39,543 nt of DNA from Snowella sp. (GTDB lineage Bacteria; Cyanobacteriota; Cyanobacteriia; Cyanobacteriales; Microcystaceae): positions 1 through 39,543 of the forward strand of contig JAYKGY010000139.1 of the NCBI GenBank assembly GCA_035285545.1, in the 5' to 3' direction. Position 1 is the first letter of the stretch. Every line of letters begins with the position of its first letter. Under the pieces are notes generated by a model. It did not search any database. It had not been told where the DNA came from and saw only the letters and a program-made list of their open reading frames with translations. The position numbers and the translations under genes were made by a program. Below are positions 9,325-17,263 of the stretch, in pieces.

Positions 9325-9398
9325 AAAGCGATCGCCCTCTTCCTCTCCCCTCTAAACAGCAATCATTCTTTATACTTATCTTGCAAACCTGTAAGATA

Positions 9399-9934
9399 TT
9401 ACAATTTAAACCGTCTGCTTAAGCTCAAGGCTCTTGTTTTTTCATTATTTTTGTTCATAGATAATTGAACCAAAAATCTTTTTCCATTTTCGCTTAATTC
9501 TAAGTACCTAACCATTTTTGAGCAAACTAACTGCCTAAATTCTTTGAGTTTATGAGGGTTATCTTGTTCCATCAAATCCCCAATACTTCTCCCTGGCTGT
9601 TTGGCTCTTTCTTCAAGTGCTTGCTGCTCTGCAACGACAGCAAATAGAGCTTTCTTCTTTTCTAGTGCATATTCATACTCTAAGTGAGTGTAGCTTTTTG
9701 ACTATTAGGCTCAATACTGCCGTAACGTCCTCCTAAAATTAACAAAAAGACATCTGATTCATCAATCCATTCTTTAATTACTTCCCATTGCGACTGATCG
9801 CCCGCAGAAAATAATTCCATTCCTGCTGGTATATGTCCCGCCGTCAAGATTGCTTCTACTGCGGCTTGCCTCTCTGATTTCAAATCAAGATAAGTTGATG
9901 ATACAAATACCTGTAATTTTCTTGCTATAGCCAT
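9399..9934 (-). pseudogene. DUF4062 domain protein, frameshifted
   Basis: QVFVSSTYLDLKSERQAA...GMELF...GGRYGS. Restoring one A in the A5 run (9695-9699) gives QKSYTHLEYEYALEKKKALFAV... open to TAA at 9399. Confidence 0.85.
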
Positions 9935-10086
9935 TATTTGTAAACGTCTAAACAGAAGTAAGATAAGCCACAAAGACTCTATCTAAAAACAATTTTAGCT
10001 TAAATTTTCCTCGAAAATCCCCAAAACCCTTAGCTTTTAGCTTAATTGCGTTTTAAAAATAGCTTTGTTCTATAAATAGAAAAATT

Positions 10087-10296
10087 TTAGCTAGGATAAT
10101 TAAGACCAAGCATCTCTTTAACTTCTTCTAAAGAAAATGATGGTTCATTTAGCTGCTCACTTTTTGCTTGTCTTAAATTTTGCAGATCTTCCAAATCTTC
10201 TAACATCGTTTGAACTTGCATAAACTCTTCATAGGTCAGGATAACAAACTCCTTTTTTCCATTTTTTGTTAAAAATTTAGGATGTAAATTAAGCAT
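10087..10296 (-). CDS. Phd/YefM-like antitoxin (no adjacent toxin)
   Basis: LHPKFLTKNGKKEFVILTYEEF...LEDLEDL...SLEEVKEMLGL; AAGGAG RBS upstream of ATG 10296. Confidence 0.75.
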   Translation of the reverse strand: MLNLHPKFLTKNGKKEFVILTYEEFMQVQTMLEDLEDLQNLRQAKSEQLNEPSFSLEEVKEMLGLNYPS

Positions 10297-10403
10297 TTTA
10301 GGCTCCTTCAATCAATTCTAAGCATCTCGTCTGTATATATCGTGATAAATTGTTAAAAATCTCCCTTTTATCTTATAAAACTCGATAATTACCTACTTTA
10401 ACA

Positions 10404-10988
10404 ATGATTATTAGTCCTAGCAAGCCAAAAGTTTACACACCTGAAGAATACCTGACCTTAGAAACATCGTCAGAAATTCGTAATGAATATCGCAATGGAG
10501 AAATTACGCCAATGACAGGCGGAACACCAGCCCATAATCAAATTATTAGTGCTTTAAATGCCTTGTTATGGTTTGGTTTACGAGGGAAAAACTACAGCAT
10601 TTTTGTCACCGATCAACGCCTGTGGATTCCTGATAAGAATTTATACACCTATCCTGATGTGATGGTAATTCAAAATCCCCTACAGTTGCAAACGGGTAGA
10701 AAAGATACAGTTATTAATCCTTTGCTCATTGCCGAAGTTTTATCTGATTCAACCAAAGCTTACGATCGCGATGAAAAATTTGCTGCCTATCGAACTGTAT
10801 CTACTTTTCAGGAATATTTCTTAATTGAGCAGTCTAGCCCCCATATTGAGCAATATATCAAACAAGCCGATAGACAATGGCTTTTCCGTGAATATGACGG
10901 ATTAGAAAGTAAAATACAACTTCATTCAGTTTCGCTGGAACTTGCCTTAGCGGATCTGTATGAAAATATTGATTTTTCAGTAGAGTAA
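10404..10988 (+). CDS. Uma2 family PD-(D/E)XK endonuclease-like protein
   Basis: EYRNGEITPMTGGTPAHN, YTYPDVMV, AEVLSDSTKAYDRDEKF motifs. Confidence 0.92.
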   Translation: MIISPSKPKVYTPEEYLTLETSSEIRNEYRNGEITPMTGGTPAHNQIISALNALLWFGLRGKNYSIFVTDQRLWIPDKNLYTYPDVMVIQNPLQLQTGRKDTVINPLLIAEVLSDSTKAYDRDEKFAAYRTVSTFQEYFLIEQSSPHIEQYIKQADRQWLFREYDGLESKIQLHSVSLELALADLYENIDFSVE

Positions 10989-11305
10989 TACTATTTTTAT
11001 CAATCCAATCAACTTGCAGGTGGCCCGATCCGTCGATACATTTTTCTCTACCTTACCCATCCCATTCCCAACGTCTCCTTCTGCCCCTTGATGGATATCC
11101 CTATCCTATCGTTAACCTAACCGATGACGGAGTTAAGCCAATTAACAAAAGCAATCCAGCAAAGCGTTACTTTTTAAACCAAAAGTGATGTTTTAGATAC
11201 AATAAATATATGCTAAAGTGTTGATCTTGAACAAATTAGTATTAATAACATTTTCAGAAAACTTCCCTTTGTTTTTAACTCCAACTTTCTAAATCTTTTT
11301 TAGTT

Positions 11306-11797
11306 ATGGCATCTACTTACTCGTTTGATGTGGTTAGTGATTTTGATCGGCAAGAATTGGTCAATGCCGTTGATCAAACCATTCGCACCATTAATAGCCG
11401 TTATGATTTGAAAGATACGCAGACAACGGTGGAACTCAATGACGATAACATCATGATTCAGACCGCTAGCGAAATGGCTTTAACGTCTATTCACGATATT
11501 TTACAAACCAAAGCCACAAAACGGGATTTATCGCTCAAAATCTTTGATTATGGCCCCATTGAATCAGCCAGTGGAAAAACTATCCGTCAAAAAATTACCC
11601 TAAAAAAAGGTATTAGCCAAGAGATCGGTAAACAAATTACCAAAGAAATTCGCGATCAATTTAAAAAAGTTCAATCTTCTATTCAAGGCGATGCGGTTCG
11701 GGTGAGTGCGAAAGATAAAGATGCGCTTCAGGAAGTGATTCAATTTTTGAAGCAAAATGATTACCCTGTGGCACTGCAATTTACAAATTATCGCTAA
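11306..11797 (+). CDS. yajQ: YajQ family nucleotide/c-di-GMP-binding protein
   Basis: [19 protein letters not shown]...[16 protein letters not shown]...LQFTNYR. Confidence 0.95.
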   Translation: MASTYSFDVVSDFDRQELVNAVDQTIRTINSRYDLKDTQTTVELNDDNIMIQTASEMALTSIHDILQTKATKRDLSLKIFDYGPIESASGKTIRQKITLKKGISQEIGKQITKEIRDQFKKVQSSIQGDAVRVSAKDKDALQEVIQFLKQNDYPVALQFTNYR

Positions 11798-12106
11798 TTT
11801 GGTCGGTTAACCAACGTTGAAAGACCAATGCTTAAAAATAGAAATCTTCACTGTTTTTTTCAATCTTGTTTGAAATTGGACTGAACAGCAACTTCTTCAT
11901 AGGTTTCTGGCTTAATCACTTTACTTTGATCCAATACCGAGAGGCGATCGCCGTGTGACCTGCTAGAAAGGCAGTGGGCAATAATAATCGCGGCCAATAT
12001 TCAGAGAATGAATTGTCTTCCCCTCCCATCATGCCTGCTAGTATGATAAGCAGAAATACTAAGATATATTTGAACAAAAGTAAATTATTGGGTCATTTTC
12101 ACTAAT

Positions 12107-13171
12107 ATGGTAAATTCTACGCTAATTCCTGTCATTCTTGCTGGTGGAAAGGGGGAACGATTTTGGCCGTTGAGCCGTAAGCATTTTCCAAAACAATTTT
12201 TGTCATTGGACGGAACAGGAAAAAGTTTGCTCCAAACAACCAGCGATCGCTTACTTTCTTTGGCAGGAGGATGGGAAAATCTCTGGGTGATTACCTCAGC
12301 GTTGATTGCCGATGGTGTCAGGGAACAGTTACCTAATTTACCGGAAGGGAATTTGCTTATTGAACCTGAAGGCAAGGACACTGCACCGGCGGTAACTTGG
12401 GCAACCTTGGAAATTGCTCAACGTTATGGGGAAGATGCGGTAATTGGCTTTTTTCCGGCTGATCATTGGATTGCTGATCAAAATGCTTTTGAAGATACCC
12501 TTAAAGCCGCCGCTAGCTTTGCTAAAACCGACTCAGCCATTGTGACCTTGGGAATTAAACCGACCGAACCCGCCACGGGCTATGGCTATATTGAACAAGG
12601 TGAATTAACGGCTGAAATTAACCAGTTACCTGTTTATAAAGTCACGCGCTTTACCGAAAAACCCGATCAACACACGGCTCAAGGTTTCCTACAAACCGGG
12701 CGTTTTAGTTGGAATAGCGGGATGTTTATTTTTCAAGCAGGGGTGGTTTTAGTAGAGTTGTCGATTCATGCCCCAGAGCTTGTAACCTTGCTTCGCCATA
12801 AAGGGAAGGCAGCCTATGCTGAAGTGGAAAAGAAAAGTATTGACTACGCTTTGATGGAAAAAACCCAATTAGCCTACGTTTTACCGGCAGATTTTGGGTG
12901 GGATGATTTGGGGGATTGGAATTCCTTGGAGCGTTTGTTTAAGGGAGAAAACAAAAATGTTGATTTAGCTCAGCATGTGGAGCTAGATACCACTGGCGCG
13001 ATCGTTTATGCTAGTAACAATGAAGACGTGATTGTCACGATTGGGTTAGAGGATGTGGTGATTGTCCGCGATCGCAATGTAACGTTAGTGGTTAACAAAT
13101 CCCGCACTCAGGATATTAAAGCAGCCTTGAAACTCCTTCAAGAAAACCCCCAATATCATGACCTTCTGTAA
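12107..13171 (+). CDS. manC: Mannose-1-phosphate guanylyltransferase
   Basis: PVILAGGKGERFWPLSR..PKQFL, EPEGKDTAPA, PADH, TGYGYI, FTEKP, WNSGMF, SIDYALMEK, WDDLGDW. Confidence 0.95.
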   Translation: MVNSTLIPVILAGGKGERFWPLSRKHFPKQFLSLDGTGKSLLQTTSDRLLSLAGGWENLWVITSALIADGVREQLPNLPEGNLLIEPEGKDTAPAVTWATLEIAQRYGEDAVIGFFPADHWIADQNAFEDTLKAAASFAKTDSAIVTLGIKPTEPATGYGYIEQGELTAEINQLPVYKVTRFTEKPDQHTAQGFLQTGRFSWNSGMFIFQAGVVLVELSIHAPELVTLLRHKGKAAYAEVEKKSIDYALMEKTQLAYVLPADFGWDDLGDWNSLERLFKGENKNVDLAQHVELDTTGAIVYASNNEDVIVTIGLEDVVIVRDRNVTLVVNKSRTQDIKAALKLLQENPQYHDLL

Positions 13172-13212
13172 ATTTCGAGGAAGAAAATTTAAAAATTTAC
13201 CGTAATATTCAA

Positions 13213-13252
13213 AAAGTGGAGGGATGAGTTGCTTAGAACTGTTCTCCACTTT
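13213..13252. terminator. Probable bidirectional terminator between convergent genes
   Basis: AAAGTGGAG...CTCCACTTT inverted repeat with inner AGTT/AACT, flanked by A and T runs. Confidence 0.6.
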
Positions 13253-13325
13253 GTTTTTAGAAAACTGGCAAGAAATAATTCAACAAATCTCTACAAAAAT
13301 TGATTATTTAAGCCCTATTTTGAGG

Positions 13326-13676
13326 TTAATGCTCGGTATTTAGGTCATTTGGCCATACAGTAAGCCCCGTTCCCGACGATTGGGCCATAAAATTACTCAT
13401 TTGAATGAGCTTGTCAGATGTCCAGGTATTTTGACGGAGACGCTCCCCTTCGTTTTCACTGGAATTTCCATAATAATTCAGATGAGCCGGTATCCAGCTT
13501 TTGGGAGCCAACCCATGAAACGCCTGATCTCCGACATGTGCTTGCTGATTTGTCAGGGAATTTCCATAAGAAAGATGGGGCGCATCGACAGGCCATGTCC
13601 AATCTATTCTCGCTCCTGGCTTCTCTTTCAAGAAATCCAAGATAGCTTTAAGGGTATTTAAAAATTGATTCAACAT
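13326..13676 (-). CDS. Hypothetical protein with an internal ~32-aa duplication
   Basis: Strong RBS (GGAGGTG) upstream of ATG; repeated PHLSYGNS / AHLNYYGNS. Confidence 0.6.
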   Translation of the reverse strand: MLNQFLNTLKAILDFLKEKPGARIDWTWPVDAPHLSYGNSLTNQQAHVGDQAFHGLAPKSWIPAHLNYYGNSSENEGERLRQNTWTSDKLIQMSNFMAQSSGTGLTVWPNDLNTEH

Positions 13677-13847
13677 AAAGTATTCACCTCCAAACCGTAT
13701 TAATTTATACAGTTTTATATCCTTATTATAGCAATTCTCAAAAAGTGAACCTAAATGCCGCGATTTGTTTAAATGATTATTAACAAATAGGCTTAAGGAC
13801 TTAAAACGCTTAAAGTATTTTTTAATGCCTTAGTCGGAGAATAAACT

Positions 13848-14192
13848 ATGAATTTTCGTCATTTGGTTGGAATGATTTGTGGAATGGTTTTGGCCCTGTT
13901 TTTGTTTATGCCCAATAGCGCGATCGCGGCGCATCTCGATCCCCAAGCCACCGATCAATTAAACCAAAGCTTTCAACAAGCCCAAGAGCAGTTTAAACAA
14001 GGTTTAGAGCAAGCTCAACAGGCATTTACTCAAGCCCAGGAGCAGTATCAACAAGGACTTGCCCAACTCAATCAAGGCTTAGAGCAAGCGCAATCGCAGT
14101 ACAAGCAACAACTCGAACAATCCTCAGCAGGTTTTAAACAAGCTCAAGATGCCTATCAACAGGGGCTGAATCAGTTAAACTCTCATTCATAA
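13848..14192 (+). CDS. Secreted Gln-rich protein with four 18-aa amphipathic repeats
   Basis: Signal peptide ending AIA-A; repeats FQQAQEQFKQGLEQAQQA / FTQAQEQYQQGLAQLNQG / LEQAQSQYKQQLEQSSAG / FKQAQDAYQQGLNQLNSH; GGAG RBS. Confidence 0.8.
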   Translation: MNFRHLVGMICGMVLALFLFMPNSAIAAHLDPQATDQLNQSFQQAQEQFKQGLEQAQQAFTQAQEQYQQGLAQLNQGLEQAQSQYKQQLEQSSAGFKQAQDAYQQGLNQLNSHS

Positions 14193-14210
14193 ATTTTGTA
14201 ATGGCCCTTA

Positions 14211-14645
14211 ATGTTCAAGCAGCAATTTTGGACTCGATTAATTCAGGGGAGTTTCGGCGCGATCGCCTGTTTTGGGGTTTGGTTGAGCTTGGCGTTTCCG
14301 ACGCTTGCCAATCAGGAACTTTACCAATCTGCGCTGTTAATTCCCATTGAATCCTCTACTTCTGCGGCCATTTATCCCGATCCGAGTCGAGAACAAGCCC
14401 CCTTGGGTTACGGAGAAGCCGGAGACAAAATCTGGATTGTAGAGGAAATTTACAATAATGATGGAGAAAGATGGGATCGGATTCGTTTAACTGAATCGCC
14501 TCAACTGGAGGGGTGGATTGTCGATGCCAATGTTAAGCGGGATCAAGACAATTCCCCTTCTTCTAATCCCTACCTTCAGCCCAATTTTTATTATTCTCAA
14601 GATCACTATTCCCAAGGCCAATGGGTTCAGCAGCGTCGCAATTAA
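14211..14645 (+). CDS. Exported SH3-like domain protein
   Basis: Signal-peptide-like N-terminus; YPDPS...LGYGEAGDKIWI...GERWDRI...EGWI fits bacterial SH3. Confidence 0.65.
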   Translation: MFKQQFWTRLIQGSFGAIACFGVWLSLAFPTLANQELYQSALLIPIESSTSAAIYPDPSREQAPLGYGEAGDKIWIVEEIYNNDGERWDRIRLTESPQLEGWIVDANVKRDQDNSPSSNPYLQPNFYYSQDHYSQGQWVQQRRN

Positions 14646-14659
14646 TTAATAATTCATCT

Positions 14660-15187
14660 ATGGAAAAACCGTTAACCCTTCTCATTTCATCGGAAGAAAT
14701 TGCCAACACCAATAAACGTTTAGCCCAAGAAATTGATCGAGATTGTCAAGGTCAATCCCTAACCGTTGTGGGAATTCTCAAGGGATCATTTATTTTTATT
14801 GCCGATTTAGTACGGGAAATCCAAACCCCGATAGAGAATATTGAATTTATCCAATTATCTAGCTATGGCAGCGCAACCGTCAGTTCCGGCCAGGCAGATC
14901 TCTTATTAGATGTTGCGGTTGAGTCTATTCAAGGCAAACATATTTTAATTGCTGAGGATATCGTCGATACAGGCATTTCTACCACTAAAGCGATTAATTT
15001 ACTTCAGCAAAAGGGCCCGGCTTCCCTGAAATTATGCTCCCTACTTAGTAAACCCAGCCGTCGGCAAAAAGAAGTCCATATCGATTATTTAGGCTTTTCT
15101 ATCCCCGATCATTTTGTGTTGGGTTACGGTTTAGATGTGGATCAAAAATATCGTCAATTGCCGGCCATTTATTATTTTAAAGATTAA
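14660..15187 (+). CDS. hpt: Hypoxanthine phosphoribosyltransferase
   Basis: GILKGSFIFIADL, LSSYG, PRPP motif LIAEDIVDTG, FVLGYGLD. Confidence 0.95.
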   Translation: MEKPLTLLISSEEIANTNKRLAQEIDRDCQGQSLTVVGILKGSFIFIADLVREIQTPIENIEFIQLSSYGSATVSSGQADLLLDVAVESIQGKHILIAEDIVDTGISTTKAINLLQQKGPASLKLCSLLSKPSRRQKEVHIDYLGFSIPDHFVLGYGLDVDQKYRQLPAIYYFKD

Positions 15188-15213
15188 ATCCCTCAATCCG
15201 CGATCGCGATGAC

Positions 15214-17208
15214 TTAATCCTCTTGGTTTAATTGAGCTTGGAATGGGGAAGAAAACCGAGCTTTTTTCCAATTTTTGGCTTCCTTCACTTGCTCAACCGT
15301 TAACCCCCAAGTTTGGGTAAAATCCACTCCGCCAATATCCGTATTATTTAAAATGGCTCCTTGTAAATTGGCATTTTGCAGATTTGCCCCTGTTAAATCC
15401 GAATCCTGGAGATTAGCCCCTATCAGATTGGTATTCAATAAATTAGCCTGACGGAGATCGACTTGTTTTAAAATCGCTTGTTGTAAATTCGCATTGATCA
15501 ACGTTGCTTCGGCTAAATTCGAGCCGTTTAAATTCACATTTTTAAGATTGGCATCCCTTAAATTGCTCCGTACTAACATCGAATCGATCAGATGTAAGGC
15601 TTCTAGATGCGCGCCTTGCAGATTGGCATCAAAATCAAGATTATAACCTTGTTGTTTTGCTTGTTCTTGAAACGCTTCGGGAAATTTAGTCGTTACGTCA
15701 TAAATAGCGGCTTTTAAGTTAGCTTGGGTTAAATTAGCCCCTATTAAGTTCGTTCCCCGTAGATCGGCCTTTTCTAAGTTGGCTTGGGTTAAGTTGGCTC
15801 CTGATAGATCGGCATTCTGTAAATCGGCTCCCCCTAAATAAGCCTTCTGAAGATCCGCTTTGGGTTTGATTTTATAGGCGCGCGATCGCGTTAAAAGAGA
15901 TTGCCAACGCCAAGGAAAGGTTGATTCCGTGATCTCGTCATAAATGACATGGGCAAAATTTGTTTTTTCGTCTAAATAAGTATCCGATAAATCAGCCCCC
16001 CTCAAATTGGCACTTTCTAAATTCGCCCCCTCTAAATGCGATCGCCGTAATTTGGCATCCCGAAGATTAGCCCCTTTTAAATTTGCTTCTTGAAGATTGG
16101 TTTCACTTAAATCAACGCCTTTTAAATTGGCGGATTGAAGGTTAGTTTGAGTCTTTTCTTTACTATCAATAAAATAGGCTAAATTTTGCTGTAAAAAGCC
16201 TTTAAAGTTGTCAAAGGGTTGGGTCTTTTGATCATAAATAGCTCGCCCCACAACCGCCCCATAAAGAATCGCATTCACAAAATTGGCACCGCGTAAATCT
16301 GCCCCTGTTAAATCCGCAAAACTTAAATCTGCCTTAAATAAATTGGCATTGCGTAACTTCGCACTATTCAACAGCGCATTAGTTAAATTGGCGTTGGTTA
16401 AATTGGCTCCTTCTAAATTACTTTGGGTGAGTTTCGCCTGGGTTAAATTGGCTGATACTAGTTGGGAAAATTGAAGATTGGCATCTTCTAAATTGGCTTT
16501 ATTTAAATTCGCTTCTTGCAGTTGGGCCCAAGGTAAATTAATCGATCCTAATTGTGCCCCTTGTAAATTTAACCCCATTAAATTAATACATTCTGAGTAA
16601 AAACCTTGAATAAAAGGAAGTTTTCGCCAAGTTTGCCAGACTTGCTTGGATAGTAACGGTGGCGGATTATTTTCTTCAGAACATCCTTTATTTAAAGAAT
16701 CTAATGCCTCTATTCGTCCTGCACTGGCGTTAATTTCTGCGGGCTTGATAGTATTAATCACTTGCCAAGCTTGATTGCGGGATTCTCGTTGGCGTTTATC
16801 GGCTTCTGCAATATAAAGAATGGCTCCGAATAGCAAACTAAATTGCCCCAAAAAAACGATAGCCTGACCAAATTTGTGCAGTGTTCCTAAGATACTTTTT
16901 TCGACAAATATTTTTCTACGGGAAAGGGGTCGCGTCGAGTGGCTATAATACTCCCAAAGTCGGCGGCAGTCATCTAAGGAAATACCCAGATTTTTAGCGA
17001 TTTTAATGAGATTCAGTTCTAGATCAAAGGGATGATGGTGAATTTGCTGACGTTTGAGATCATAAAATTGCTTTTTAATTTCTTCTAGGTTAGACGAAGA
17101 AAGCTGCTCAACAATTGGTTCTGTTTCGATTTGCTCTGCGTTTGTTTCCGTCGTGGGAATCTCCGAGGTCGGCGGTTGAGAATTCTTGGAAAAAGGGGAT
17201 TGCGCCAT
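15214..17208 (-). CDS. Membrane-anchored pentapeptide repeat protein
   Basis: One TM segment near aa 115-135, then extensive A(N/D)Lxx repeats interrupted three times by a (A/V)IYD..T.F module. Confidence 0.9.
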   Translation of the reverse strand: MAQSPFSKNSQPPTSEIPTTETNAEQIETEPIVEQLSSSNLEEIKKQFYDLKRQQIHHHPFDLELNLIKIAKNLGISLDDCRRLWEYYSHSTRPLSRRKIFVEKSILGTLHKFGQAIVFLGQFSLLFGAILYIAEADKRQRESRNQAWQVINTIKPAEINASAGRIEALDSLNKGCSEENNPPPLLSKQVWQTWRKLPFIQGFYSECINLMGLNLQGAQLGSINLPWAQLQEANLNKANLEDANLQFSQLVSANLTQAKLTQSNLEGANLTNANLTNALLNSAKLRNANLFKADLSFADLTGADLRGANFVNAILYGAVVGRAIYDQKTQPFDNFKGFLQQNLAYFIDSKEKTQTNLQSANLKGVDLSETNLQEANLKGANLRDAKLRRSHLEGANLESANLRGADLSDTYLDEKTNFAHVIYDEITESTFPWRWQSLLTRSRAYKIKPKADLQKAYLGGADLQNADLSGANLTQANLEKADLRGTNLIGANLTQANLKAAIYDVTTKFPEAFQEQAKQQGYNLDFDANLQGAHLEALHLIDSMLVRSNLRDANLKNVNLNGSNLAEATLINANLQQAILKQVDLRQANLLNTNLIGANLQDSDLTGANLQNANLQGAILNNTDIGGVDFTQTWGLTVEQVKEAKNWKKARFSSPFQAQLNQED

Positions 17209-17263
17209 AAATACTGGGTTGTTTATTGTTATCCCAATTTTTTCGGGTTTTCTGAGTTGATGG

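Noticed and set aside
11798..12106. Possible pseudogene remnant on the minus strand between yajQ and manC
   Set aside because: Short interrupted frames with no recognisable family.
15214..17208. DNA-level repeats in the 15.2-17.2 kb region
   Set aside because: Fully explained by pentapeptide-repeat coding; an ordinary cyanobacterial family.
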